Assembly (NCBI GenBank): GCA_040219275.1
Contig: JAVJSU010000038.1
Coordinates: 167,962 to 231,961 of the forward strand
Direction: 5' to 3'
DNA length: 64,000 nucleotides
Source of the DNA: Aggregatilineales bacterium
GTDB taxonomy: Bacteria > Chloroflexota > Anaerolineae > Aggregatilineales > Phototrophicaceae
Part shown: positions 1-9,170 of the stretch, piece after piece
Position numbering within the stretch: the stretch's first letter is position 1
Layout of the letters: each line of letters opens with the position of its first letter
The notes under the pieces: generated by a model
Seen by the model: the letters and a program-made list of their open reading frames with translations, nothing else
Databases searched by the model: none
What the model was told of the DNA's origin: nothing
Program-made: the position numbers and the translations under genes

Positions 1-290
1 GAAGCGTGGCGGCGACAGCAAGAAACTCCATGTGGTTGCCAAGCCCCTGCCAGATCAGGGCAAAGATACATGGCTGATTAAGACCGTGTGGATACGTGGC
101 GAAGACGACCCCAATTTCATCATCAAAACCATCCGCATGTTGATGATGCGCCTGTTTAATCGGAAACCAGCACGACACTAATTATTCACAGATTGTTTTC
201 TTCATGCACATCGTCTCTGAACAACTTCTGAACATCTACCCTTTATTGTAGAATGATGATGATTCGGCTAAATTCTCTAAGGGCAGGCGT

Positions 291-1043
291 ATGTTACAAC
301 CTGAAGTCGAAGCCTTTCACGCCCGCTTAAGCAAGGTACTCAAGATGAACAAGACGATTCTCGTGGTGGACGACAAGCGCAGTGTGCAATTGCTCGTCAA
401 GGATTATTTGACCGAACGCGGCTTTAAAGTGGTGACGGCGAACAACGGACGCGAAGCCCTGTTTACCGCCCGCCACGAAAATCCTGATCTGATCCTGCTG
501 GATATTATGATGCCGGAAATGGACGGCTTTGAATTCATGCGCTTGCATCGTAAAGAGCGCGAAACACCCATCATCCTGCTCACCGCCAAACTCGACGAGA
601 CCGATAAAGTCATCGGGCTGGAACTCGGCGCGGATGATTACGTCACCAAACCCTTCGGCATGGCGGAACTCGTCGCCCGCATTCGTGCCGTCCTGCGTCG
701 CCTTGAAAAATCGAAGTCTGATAGCGACAATGACATCCTCACAGCGGGGGAAATCCTGCTGAATAAGCAATCACATATGGTTAAAGCCAGTGGGCAAAGT
801 GTTGATCTTACGCCCTCAGAGTTCGACCTTCTGGCGATCCTCATGGCGAGTCCCGGACGGGCGTTCTCCCGTGCTGAATTGCTGGAAAGTTTGCAGGGCA
901 ACAGTTTTGAAGGCGTGGAGCGCACCATCGACGTGCACATCCGCAATCTGCGAAGCAAGCTGGAAATTGACCCCGCTAATCCACACTATGTTCAAACCGT
1001 TTTCGGCGTGGGCTATCGCTTTAACCCAGAGCTAGACTCCTAA
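291..1043 (+). CDS. OmpR/PhoB-family response regulator (receiver + winged-helix DNA-binding domain). The true start is probably the internal Met at 345 (MNKTILVVDD).
   Basis: Receiver motifs ILVVDD, LILLDIMMPEMDG and LTAK are present. The C-terminal winged helix (DVHIRNLRSKLE, GVGYRF) is typical of the OmpR family. The histidine-kinase gene follows immediately at 1044. Confidence 0.9.
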   Translation: MLQPEVEAFHARLSKVLKMNKTILVVDDKRSVQLLVKDYLTERGFKVVTANNGREALFTARHENPDLILLDIMMPEMDGFEFMRLHRKERETPIILLTAKLDETDKVIGLELGADDYVTKPFGMAELVARIRAVLRRLEKSKSDSDNDILTAGEILLNKQSHMVKASGQSVDLTPSEFDLLAILMASPGRAFSRAELLESLQGNSFEGVERTIDVHIRNLRSKLEIDPANPHYVQTVFGVGYRFNPELDS

Positions 1044-2468
1044 ATGTCCACAATAAGACGCTCCCTCACATGGAAGCTCACGCTTGCCTTTGTATTCGTC
1101 GCCATGATCGGCGTGATCGTCGTCGGTATCTTCGCACGTCAATTGACCACCTCCGCCTTTGATCGTCTGCTGACGGATAACAACCGCATCGAATTCACCG
1201 AACTCGTGACCGCCTATTATCTGCAAACTGGATCATTGGATGGCATAAACGAGTATTTGCGAAATCAGGATCGGGGACGTAACAATCCACAACCGAACAA
1301 TAATGGGCAACGCAATGGAGGAGGAAATGGGCAAAATGGGAATGGGCAGAACAACAACCCGCCCCAACGCCAAGCCCCGCCCTTCGCCCTGATAGACACA
1401 AACAACATCGCGCTCACTGTCGCGCCCCAATTCCGAGTCGGCGCAACCGTGCCACAGCAAATTGCGGAGACGCGCATCCCTGTAGAGATTAACGGCGAAA
1501 CCGTCGCCTATGTCGTCGCGCTTAATCAACCGCCACAACGCGACGCAAACGACGAAGCCTTTCTGCAACGCATCACACAGGCGCTGATTATCGGCGTAAT
1601 CGTCGCCGGTGGTGTGGCACTAATCGCCGGAATTACGTTGGCGCGGTTACTCACCCGCCCGTTACGTGATCTGACCCATGCCCTGCGCGGGATACGTGCC
1701 GGACAGCTCGAACAGAACGTGGCTGTGCGCTCAAAAGATGAGATCGGCGCGGTGGTCGAGGCGTTTAATCAGATGAGCGCGGAACTCGCCCACGCCAATC
1801 AACTGCGAAAGCAAATGACCGCCGACATCGCCCATGATTTACGCACGCCCTTGACCGTTATTTCCGGTTATCTGGAAGGCTTGCAGGATGGCACTCTCTC
1901 GCCGACCTCCACCCGCTTCCAGACGATGTACGACGAAGCGCAACATCTGCAACATTTGATCGAAGATTTACGCACGCTCTCGCTCGCGGATTCCGGCGCA
2001 CTCAAGCTGAACCTGACGACCATCACACCCGATGATCTGCTCCATGATGTGCAGAAATCCTTCGCACCGCTGGCAGAGCAACAACGCATCCGGCTACAGG
2101 TCAAACCATCACCCACCGTGCCAGCCATCATTGCCGACCCGCAACGCCTGTTACAGGTACTCGGCAACCTCATCAGCAATGCCGTGCGCTACACGCCACA
2201 GGGCGGAGAGATTGTCCTTAGCACGATGCAAAACGGCACGGATGTACAATTGACCGTCAGCGATACCGGCGCGGGTATCCCGCCGGAGAAATTGGCGCAT
2301 ATCTTTGATCGTTTTTATCGGGTGGATGAATCACGCACAGATGACAACGGCACGGGGCTGGGACTCGCCATCGCCAAATCCATCGTGGAAGCACACGGCG
2401 GCAGTATCTTCGCGGAGAGCATCCCCGGCAAAGGAACACACATGGTCATCCGTTTGCCTGCATCATAA
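1044..2468 (+). CDS. Sensor histidine kinase (N-terminal TM helix, periplasmic segment, second TM helix, HAMP, HisKA, HATPase_c).
   Basis: H-box ADIAHDLRTPLT, N-box LISNAVRYT, G-boxes DTGAGI and GTGLGLAI, and a HAMP-like segment after the second TM helix. The start is adjacent to the response-regulator stop, consistent with a two-component operon. Confidence 0.9.
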   Translation: MSTIRRSLTWKLTLAFVFVAMIGVIVVGIFARQLTTSAFDRLLTDNNRIEFTELVTAYYLQTGSLDGINEYLRNQDRGRNNPQPNNNGQRNGGGNGQNGNGQNNNPPQRQAPPFALIDTNNIALTVAPQFRVGATVPQQIAETRIPVEINGETVAYVVALNQPPQRDANDEAFLQRITQALIIGVIVAGGVALIAGITLARLLTRPLRDLTHALRGIRAGQLEQNVAVRSKDEIGAVVEAFNQMSAELAHANQLRKQMTADIAHDLRTPLTVISGYLEGLQDGTLSPTSTRFQTMYDEAQHLQHLIEDLRTLSLADSGALKLNLTTITPDDLLHDVQKSFAPLAEQQRIRLQVKPSPTVPAIIADPQRLLQVLGNLISNAVRYTPQGGEIVLSTMQNGTDVQLTVSDTGAGIPPEKLAHIFDRFYRVDESRTDDNGTGLGLAIAKSIVEAHGGSIFAESIPGKGTHMVIRLPAS

Positions 2469-2587
2469 ACCAAATAGACACCGTCATCAGCGCCAAAAGA
2501 CACACATTGATATGACGATCAGTCTGGAAAAACCCGCCACCGTTGCTATACTACGGGGATAATTTTGACTATAAAGATTGGGAAATT

Positions 2588-2980
2588 ATGCGCCTTTTTG
2601 GATGGAGTTTACTGCTAATTTTAGTGTTGATTGCCGGATGCAACGCCAATCCAGCCAGCACCCTGCCCTATGATGATGTGCCACAAAATGGGGATGTAGC
2701 ACGTGGAGAGGCACTTTTCAGCCAGCAGAACGGCATCGCGCCTGCTTGCTCTAGCTGTCATACCGAAAATTCCAGCGCCGTGCCGGATTTAGCAGGCTAT
2801 GGTGCAATCGCCGGAACGCGGGTGGAAGGCGAAGACGCGCATGAATACACCTTCTATGCCATCGCAGAACCGGGGCGGCATGTGGTGGAAGGCTACGGCA
2901 ACGCGATGTATAACAAATACGACGATGTACTCTCGCCGCAGGACTTCGCGGATTTAATCGCCTACATGCTGAGTCTGTAA
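2588..2980 (+). CDS. Class-I c-type cytochrome, predicted lipoprotein. The start is chosen at MRLFGW; the ORF track begins at 2543.
   Basis: A single CSSCH heme-binding motif (CxxCH). The signal peptide has a lipobox (LVLIAGC). Size is about 130 aa. Confidence 0.75.
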   Translation: MRLFGWSLLLILVLIAGCNANPASTLPYDDVPQNGDVARGEALFSQQNGIAPACSSCHTENSSAVPDLAGYGAIAGTRVEGEDAHEYTFYAIAEPGRHVVEGYGNAMYNKYDDVLSPQDFADLIAYMLSL

Positions 2981-3009
2981 GAATATTTTTCACCACAGGA
3001 ACACAGAGG

Positions 3010-3070
3010 ACACGGAGACACAAAGGCATTTTTCTCCGTGTCCTTGAGCCTTTGTGCTATGTTTTTTGCC
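3010..3070. repeat. Copy or variant of the AT-rich dispersed intergenic repeat. It has an 11-bp hairpin (ggacacggaga...tctccgtgtcc) followed by gagcctttgtgctatgtttttt.
   Basis: The motif gagcctttgtNNtatgNttttt recurs at 5940-5960. Related ctgcgttatgtttt motifs occur at 7258, 10330 and 22960. It may also act as a terminator between the convergent cytochrome c and VKOR genes. Confidence 0.5.
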
Positions 3071-3084
3071 CCAAACTGACTGTC

Positions 3085-3597
3085 TTACGCCTCGTCGCTG
3101 TTGAGCGATCTCCACAGGCGATAACCCGATAGCAAAAACAGCACGGTAATCAGGGCTTCATGCGTCAAGCACCACGGGCAATACGCCTCGATGAAAACCG
3201 CCTGCACATAAATCAGGTACATCGAGAACAAAAACGCGAACAACACCACGCCGAAAATCAGCGTCACGCCAAATTCACGCAACATCTCCACACGCGGTTC
3301 GAGAATCAGCAAACTCAGCACGATTAAATTGGTCGCCAATCCCAACCATGCAATCGGAATGCCCGCAAGCTCGGAATAGGCGCTATTCAGCACCACACCA
3401 CAATCAAAGCTCCCCGTGTTCAAACAGATAGCAGGTTCACCGCTATCAATTTTGAGGTAGCTCAGATAGGCGCTGATGAAAATGGCGAAAAAGAGGACGA
3501 CAAAACTCAGCGTCCGTGCGGAAAGGCTGAAGCGACTTGAGGTCGAAGCCATGTCGATCTGTTCAGTGTTCGTAGCCACAATTCCCTCTATTATCAA
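3085..3597 (-). CDS. Vitamin K epoxide reductase (VKOR) family membrane protein.
   Basis: About 4-5 TM helices. A loop cysteine pair (CLNTGSFDC) and a CPWC redox motif at the start of the last TM helix match the VKOR architecture. Confidence 0.7.
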   Translation of the reverse strand: MIIEGIVATNTEQIDMASTSSRFSLSARTLSFVVLFFAIFISAYLSYLKIDSGEPAICLNTGSFDCGVVLNSAYSELAGIPIAWLGLATNLIVLSLLILEPRVEMLREFGVTLIFGVVLFAFLFSMYLIYVQAVFIEAYCPWCLTHEALITVLFLLSGYRLWRSLNSDEA

Positions 3598-3692
3598 CTC
3601 ATGTTTGGCAATCTAATATGCACATTATACCAAGCGACAATGAATAGACCTACCATTGACCGCGCCAGCAACCCGCATAATTTACAGACTTT

Positions 3693-5150
3693 TTACACGT
3701 CGTCGTGCCGATCTAACCGTTCCCATTCCGCCGCCCGCACCCGCGCCAATGCCCGCCATTCCGCCGCCACCGGCACAACGCCCAATTCCCGCACGATCTG
3801 GCGCGCCGCCAACCCGACAATCGCCGCAAATGTGGGATACGCCAATTCCAGCGAAGCCAGCTTATCGACGGTCAATTCGCCTGCCATGCCCGCAGAGACG
3901 ATCTGCACCACCTCTACAGCCTGCTCACCGACCACATGCGCGCCGATGACCTGCTGAGTCTGCTTATCGACGATCAATTTGCAGAAGCCCACCGTGCGCC
4001 CATCAATCACGGCGCGATCAAGCTCCGAATACGGCACCTTGGCGACGATAACATCGTGACTCTCGCGGGCTTGCGCTTCCGTCATGCCCACGCCCGCATA
4101 TTCGGGATCGGTGAAGCCGCCATGTGGCACCAGCGTATGATGAATCTCCACATCGTCCGGCAACAGCGCATTTTCGACTGCCGTGCGTGCCTGCATACTC
4201 GCGCTTTGCACCAGCATCATTTTGCCCGTAATATCCCCTGCCGCGTAAATATGGGGCACACTTGTCCGCAAATAATCATCGACTTTGATGTAACTTTTCT
4301 CGACTTCCACGCCCGCCGAGTCCAAGCCGAGATGATCGACATTACCGGGCCAACCCACGGAGAGAATCACCGCTTCAGCTTCACAAGTTGCTTCGCCTTC
4401 GTCCGTGGAATATATCAGCGACAAGCCCTCGTCTATTTTCTCGACACGCTCAATCCCCTTGATGCCTAAGAGCATGTTGATGCCCGACTCTTCGAGTTGC
4501 TCCGCCATCAAATCCGCAACAGACCGATCTTCCGTCAGCAAAATGCGCGGGGCAATATCCACCAGCGTGACCTCACTGCCGAACGCCTCAAAAATCGACG
4601 CAAGCTGACAGCCTGTCGCGCCCGTGCCGACGATTGCGACAGATTTTGGCAAATGGTCAAGCCGCCACACATCGCTATGAGTCAGCGTGAATTCCGCGCC
4701 GGGGAACGGCAACTTGCGCGCATGTCCACCCACGCAAATGATAATACGCTCGCCCTGCACCGTGTCCCCATTGCCGAGTTGCAGAGTGTGCGCGTCGACA
4801 AAGTGTGTATCGCCTGCTTCGCTATAGACCTGAATCTCCATGTCCATCAGATGGTCGAGCAGTTGTTTTTTCTCATGCACCAGATAGACGACCTGTTGCG
4901 TCCGTGCCAGTACATCACGGAAATTCACTTCCGGCTTCGGCGCGGATAAGCCATAGAGCGCGAACTGTTCCGCATCGCGCACCAGACGGGCGGCTTTCGC
5001 CAGCGAACGCGTCGGCACACAGCCATCATTGGTACACGTCCCGCCCAGTCGATTGCGTTCGATCAAGGCGACGGACGCGCCCAATTCACGCGCCCGTAAC
5101 GCCGCTGTCACCCCCGCCGGACCGCCCCCCAACACCACCACATCAAACAT
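3693..5150 (-). CDS. Class-I FAD-dependent pyridine nucleotide-disulfide oxidoreductase (dihydrolipoyl dehydrogenase / mercuric reductase / glutathione reductase family).
   Basis: N-terminal FAD fold VVVLGGGPAGVTAA, redox-active disulfide GGTCTNDGCVPTR, a second Rossmann fold VAIVGTGATGCQLA, and a C-terminal dimerisation region. Exact substrate was not resolved. There is an unusual roughly 35-aa Arg/Ala-rich C-terminal tail. Confidence 0.8.
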   Translation of the reverse strand: MFDVVVLGGGPAGVTAALRARELGASVALIERNRLGGTCTNDGCVPTRSLAKAARLVRDAEQFALYGLSAPKPEVNFRDVLARTQQVVYLVHEKKQLLDHLMDMEIQVYSEAGDTHFVDAHTLQLGNGDTVQGERIIICVGGHARKLPFPGAEFTLTHSDVWRLDHLPKSVAIVGTGATGCQLASIFEAFGSEVTLVDIAPRILLTEDRSVADLMAEQLEESGINMLLGIKGIERVEKIDEGLSLIYSTDEGEATCEAEAVILSVGWPGNVDHLGLDSAGVEVEKSYIKVDDYLRTSVPHIYAAGDITGKMMLVQSASMQARTAVENALLPDDVEIHHTLVPHGGFTDPEYAGVGMTEAQARESHDVIVAKVPYSELDRAVIDGRTVGFCKLIVDKQTQQVIGAHVVGEQAVEVVQIVSAGMAGELTVDKLASLELAYPTFAAIVGLAARQIVRELGVVPVAAEWRALARVRAAEWERLDRHDDV

Positions 5151-5300
5151 CGCACCCTCACTTCGCTATGTGAACACCAATACCCCAAGCATAATCCATC
5201 CCGATGAACTTTGCCTGAGTTATGGTTTAATAGTGAGTGCGAAAGAGAAAAGCGTAACGCGGAGACGCAAAGATACAAAGGCGCAAAGAAAGAAAAACAA

Positions 5301-5867
5301 ATGTCAGCGAATTCACCTTCATCAACTACAAAATCCAGACTCTTGAAAATGCTTATTGTGGGCATTCCGGCACTCTTCGCCGGGTTTCTGGTATGTTCCC
5401 AACTCTCATCGCTTGAACCGCTGATGTCCTACATCCTCAACAGACCACGCGTAACACTTGATGCGGAAGGAGTGACAACGGTGTGCGGACAGTTACAATT
5501 TCCAGCAGACGATCCATTTTGTGCAAATCCAGACCAACAAAATACAATCACCCTTCGAGATGCTTTACGGCGTGTCTACCCTGTCGAGGATACCAATTAT
5601 GCCGCTTTAACACCGCTGTTGAGTGTCTATCCGTCAACAACCTCTCCGCAATGCACGCCAAAATCATCAAGTCGCTGGGATGTTTCCGCCCTGGATAATT
5701 GCCCTGCGCTCGACAATTGTTTGGATCGTGGGATCGACTTAACGTGTACGTTTTACATCAATTCACTTGGTACAACGTCTTTAAGATTATTTTTTGATCG
5801 CAACTCAGGCAACATCACGCGCTATGATGTGGCAATTCAAAGTGAGACAGAAACGGATGCGGATTAA
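5301..5867 (+). CDS. Hypothetical Cys-rich secreted / N-terminally anchored protein. The start is chosen at MSANSP; the ORF track begins at 5211.
   Basis: An N-terminal hydrophobic helix (LLKMLIVGIPALFAGFLV) and 8 Cys in the mature part. No recognisable domain. Confidence 0.45.
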   Translation: MSANSPSSTTKSRLLKMLIVGIPALFAGFLVCSQLSSLEPLMSYILNRPRVTLDAEGVTTVCGQLQFPADDPFCANPDQQNTITLRDALRRVYPVEDTNYAALTPLLSVYPSTTSPQCTPKSSSRWDVSALDNCPALDNCLDRGIDLTCTFYINSLGTTSLRLFFDRNSGNITRYDVAIQSETETDAD

Positions 5868-5924
5868 TCACGATTTTACGTAATACAAAGGGTGCGAACT
5901 AAAAAATCCCTCAGATCTCTTTGC

Positions 5925-5990
5925 GCCTTCGTGCCTTAGAGCCTTTGTATTATGCTTTTTTTCTCTGCGTTTCTCTGCGCTCCCTGCGTC
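5925..5990. repeat. Left half of an AT-rich dispersed repeat copy that is interrupted by the IS110-family element.
   Basis: Sequence gagcctttgtattatgcttttttt-ctctgcgtttctctgcgctccctgcgtc aligns with intact copies at 10276-10345 and 22915-22985 up to ...ctgcgtc. The IS begins immediately after that point. Confidence 0.6.
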
Positions 5991-7257
5991 TCATATATTA
6001 GATACAAGACCAAATTGGGTAGACTAAGTCTGTAACCAATCATGTCAGATACAACCGTTTGCGTCTGATAGCTGAGACTATGCCGCAAAGATAGTTGACT
6101 GATGTGAGTAGGACAGACACCAAGCCTGAACCGTATCTAGTCGCTGAGACGACGTATCCTATGAGGCAAGGCTGGGTCTGCCCACTGGGTTTTTATTATA
6201 TAGTCAATTTAAACCAAAGGCAGAAACCCATGATAAGCCATTATGTTGGTATCGACATTGCACTCAATTCCGCGACTGTGGCATGGCAAGAGTCTGACAA
6301 GTCCTCCGTGACCGTGATCGAGATTGCCCAAAGCCGTGACGGGTATCAACACTTGCTACACAACTTGAAACAACTCGCTCCCGTCAGTCAGATACAAATT
6401 GTCATGGAAGCCACCAGCACTTATTGGATGGACTTAGCATATGTGCTGTATGATGCCGGATTTCAAGTCAGTGTCGTCAATCCCTCGCAACCCAAATACT
6501 TTGCACAAATGCGTTTACAACGTGCCAAAACAGATGCGATTGATGCGGTCATGCTCATGGACTATGCTCAATCCCAACAGCCTGATCTCTGGACACCGCC
6601 TCCTGCCATTTGTGAGCAATTACGTCAATATCTGACCTATCGTCAGCAACTGATTGAAATGCAAACGCAAGTTCGCAATCAACATCATGCCCTTAAACAA
6701 AATCCGAATGCCGATACCGGAATTCTCGCTCGCATGACACACCGATTATCTGCACTCTCCGCCGAAATCAAACAACTCGCAAAAGATATTGACCACCTTT
6801 TACACACCGATCATGACTGGGCAGTTGCTGTGGACTGCCTCATGTCCATCCCCGGCATTAGCACCATCTCAACGGCATGGTTACTGGTGGCAACACACGG
6901 CTTTGAACGCTGTGATACCCCTGAACAAGCCGTTGCTTTTGCTGGACTTGCGCCACATCCACAACAGTCGGGTAGCTCCAAAAATAGTTATCGTTCGATT
7001 GGAGGTAGTGGGCATCAAGCCTTACGCAATACTCTGTATATGGCTTCTGCTCCCGCCTCGCGCTTCAATCCCATTCTCAAGCCCTATTATGAAAAATTGC
7101 TTGCACGCGGTAAAGCCAAGAAAGTTGCACGCTGTGCTGTCGCCCGCAAACTGATTCATATTGCCTGGGCTTGTGTCACTAAACAACGCCTCTTTGACCC
7201 TAATTTTCAGCAACAACTCCAAGTCGCTTGATTTTATCCTTGACTTTCAATACAGTA
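5991..7257 (+). mobile_element. IS110-family insertion sequence, about 1.27 kb. The ends are approximate, with no obvious terminal inverted repeats, as is typical of this family.
   Basis: A single DEDD-type transposase ORF with a roughly 235-bp 5' noncoding arm. The element splits one copy of the dispersed repeat: repeat-left | IS | tctttgcgttatgcttttatt. Confidence 0.7.
6230..7231 (+). CDS. IS110-family transposase (DEDD RuvC-like N-terminal domain + C-terminal Tnp domain). The start is chosen at MISHYVGIDIA.
   Basis: N-terminal YVGIDIALNS (first catalytic Asp), MEATSTYW. The C-terminal domain has PGISTISTAWLL...FAGLAPHPQQSGSS and ARCAVARKLI, the signature of IS110/IS1111 transposases. The ORF-track start at 6095 is probably too early. 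Confidence 0.85.
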   Translation: MISHYVGIDIALNSATVAWQESDKSSVTVIEIAQSRDGYQHLLHNLKQLAPVSQIQIVMEATSTYWMDLAYVLYDAGFQVSVVNPSQPKYFAQMRLQRAKTDAIDAVMLMDYAQSQQPDLWTPPPAICEQLRQYLTYRQQLIEMQTQVRNQHHALKQNPNADTGILARMTHRLSALSAEIKQLAKDIDHLLHTDHDWAVAVDCLMSIPGISTISTAWLLVATHGFERCDTPEQAVAFAGLAPHPQQSGSSKNSYRSIGGSGHQALRNTLYMASAPASRFNPILKPYYEKLLARGKAKKVARCAVARKLIHIAWACVTKQRLFDPNFQQQLQVA

Positions 7258-7290
7258 TCTTTGCGTTATGCTTTTATTCGCTCCGCTATG
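7258..7290. repeat. Right half of the AT-rich repeat copy split by the IS110 element.
   Basis: tctttgcgttatgcttttattcgc matches the 3' part (ctgcgttatgtttttatt) of the intact copies. Confidence 0.55.
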
Positions 7291-8362
7291 CCTTCAAAAA
7301 ATCGTGATCCAAACTTGCCGTAACACTCGCAATCGACAAATAACCCTCCTCAAGCGTGGGCATGTGCGCGGGGTTGATGTCGGTTTTGAGGTAGAAACTG
7401 CACTCCGTCGCGTGGTCAATGCCCTCCTGCGCGGAAAAGAGTGCCGCGTGCAAACAGCCCAGCAATGAACTCGCCTGCGACCCGACCATCACGCCCTTGT
7501 TCGCCGTCCGTGCCATATTGAGGATGCACCGCCCCTCGCTGAAGCCATTTCGTGCCGTCTTGATGTTGAAGATGTCCACCGTGTCGAACGCCAATTCGCG
7601 CTCCACATCCGTCGCGGTGAAGCACGAATCGTCGCCGATGAGCGGCATGTGCGTTTGGCTATGCAGGGATTGCCGTTCAAGCAGTTGATGCACGGGCAGA
7701 GCTTCCTCGCAATACAGCACGCCCATCTCATGTAATTCTGCCAGCACATCCGGCGCGTTTTCTGCGGTCAGACATTGATTGGCATCCACGTAAAAATCAG
7801 CCGATGGAAAGGCGTTTTGCAATTCGGCGATGGTGGCGATCTCCTGCAGGATGGCTTTGCCCACCTTGACCTTAAACACGCGCACACCCGCCTCGAACAT
7901 CGCGCCCACGTCGCTAAGTACCTCGTCTTTACCGCCCGTGCTGACGATATAACTGACGCGCACGGCATCTTTCGTCACATTGAGCAGACTCGCCAGCGAA
8001 ACACCTTGCGATTGCGCCAGCGCGGAATGCAACGCCATGTTCAGCGCACCTTTCGCTGTGTTGTTGTTCTTGATGATGCTCACGCGCTCATCCAGCGAGT
8101 CAATATCCGCCAGCGAATTGACCACCTGACCGATGATTTTCGGCGTGAAATGGTCGGCGACAATCGCCAGCACCGATTCTTGCGTTTCGCCGTAGATGGT
8201 CGGGCGCGGGGTGGATTCCGCCATGCCCTGTGCGCCATCACTGAGCGTCACAGTAATCAACACATGATCCAGCGCGTTGAGTTCATGCCCTTTGCCCCAT
8301 GCCAGCGCCCCCTTGAGCGGCACATCATAGCGCACCGCGTCGATCCGCTCGATTTCAGGCAT
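7286..8362 (-). CDS. Enolase-superfamily enzyme, MR/MLE subgroup (dipeptide epimerase / o-succinylbenzoate synthase-like).
   Basis: The KxK motif (FKVKVGK), a barrel + capping domain length of about 350 aa, and metal-ligand Asp/Glu spacing typical of muconate lactonizing enzyme relatives. Its start overlaps the upstream gene by 8 bp. Confidence 0.6.
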   Translation of the reverse strand: MPEIERIDAVRYDVPLKGALAWGKGHELNALDHVLITVTLSDGAQGMAESTPRPTIYGETQESVLAIVADHFTPKIIGQVVNSLADIDSLDERVSIIKNNNTAKGALNMALHSALAQSQGVSLASLLNVTKDAVRVSYIVSTGGKDEVLSDVGAMFEAGVRVFKVKVGKAILQEIATIAELQNAFPSADFYVDANQCLTAENAPDVLAELHEMGVLYCEEALPVHQLLERQSLHSQTHMPLIGDDSCFTATDVERELAFDTVDIFNIKTARNGFSEGRCILNMARTANKGVMVGSQASSLLGCLHAALFSAQEGIDHATECSFYLKTDINPAHMPTLEEGYLSIASVTASLDHDFLKA

Positions 8363-9170
8363 AATTCACCATCTCCTTGACTATCAGCGCCACTTGCTCC
8401 GCGACTGCTTCCGGCGTGAGGTTGTCCGTCTGTAAATAGCGATAGCGCGCATGGTCAAGTTGCACCGGCGCGAGATCATAATTTTCCGCTTCCGCCCGCA
8501 AAATCGTCAACGCCTGTGGGGAAATTCCGCCCGCGTTGAGCGCCTGCAATGCAACTGCCTGCAACGCTTCCGGCAGAAAATCCACATCGGCGCTCCCCGT
8601 TGCATGGTCAAATTTATCATCTCGCGAGGACAGCCGTTTTAAGCGCGTGATCGGGTTGACTGCTAACTCAACCACCTGCCAGCGCGGGCAATTTTCCAGC
8701 GCAAATCGGATTTCTGCCTCGCCACGCACGCCTTCGGAGATGATCGTTTCGCCGGTATGTCCCGCATAATGCAACCATGCGAATGCCTGCGCGATCCCGC
8801 CGGAAAAATACTGTGCGAAGTTGCGCGTGTAAAAAAAGCGTCGCACACGGTCACTCACGGGCTGAATGTGTTCACCGAGAAGAGTCTGAGCCGTCGGAAT
8901 GACAATAAAATCCGCGATTTCCCGCCGTGACGGGAGTTGATCGCCATACGCCAATTCGCCAGCCTCGCGCCGTGTTGCCAGCGCGTTCAAAGTGGTGGAT
9001 TTTCCCGTTCCCGTCAGCGCGACGAGCATCAACACAGGTAAGGTCATCAGCGGTTGGCTATCCGCCTGTGGCGCAAAGTAAATCTGCGGATATGTCGCAA
9101 AAAATGCCTCACGTTGTGCCTGCGGAAGTTGCGGCAGAACGCTATCCAGAAAATAATGTACGTCGATCAT
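8355..9170 (-). CDS. Hypothetical P-loop NTPase (kinase-like).
   Basis: Walker A motif ALTGTGKSTTLNAL. No other recognisable domain. Its start overlaps the homoisocitrate/isopropylmalate dehydrogenase stop by 4 bp, suggesting translational coupling within the operon. Confidence 0.5.
   Translation of the reverse strand: MIDVHYFLDSVLPQLPQAQREAFFATYPQIYFAPQADSQPLMTLPVLMLVALTGTGKSTTLNALATRREAGELAYGDQLPSRREIADFIVIPTAQTLLGEHIQPVSDRVRRFFYTRNFAQYFSGGIAQAFAWLHYAGHTGETIISEGVRGEAEIRFALENCPRWQVVELAVNPITRLKRLSSRDDKFDHATGSADVDFLPEALQAVALQALNAGGISPQALTILRAEAENYDLAPVQLDHARYRYLQTDNLTPEAVAEQVALIVKEMVNYA

Noticed and set aside
3656-3949. Pro/Arg-rich 97-aa ORF, and the overlapping 118-aa ORF, on the plus strand
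   Set aside because: They lie entirely antisense to the C-terminal part of the pyridine nucleotide-disulfide oxidoreductase gene in a GC-rich stretch. Their composition (PPPAPAP...) is typical of spurious antisense frames.
6095-6229. Upstream 45-codon extension of the IS110 transposase ORF
   Set aside because: IS110 transposases begin right at the DEDD motif (…YVGIDIA). The extension lies within the non-coding left arm that is more plausibly RNA-coding or regulatory.
7768-8380. Several 60-200-aa ORFs on the plus strand inside the lys/leu-like operon (e.g. 7775-8380, 9354-9869, 11749-12357, 12765-13388, 14701-15357)
   Set aside because: All are antisense to strongly supported enzyme genes, have Arg/His-rich composition typical of GC-rich antisense frames, and have no motifs.
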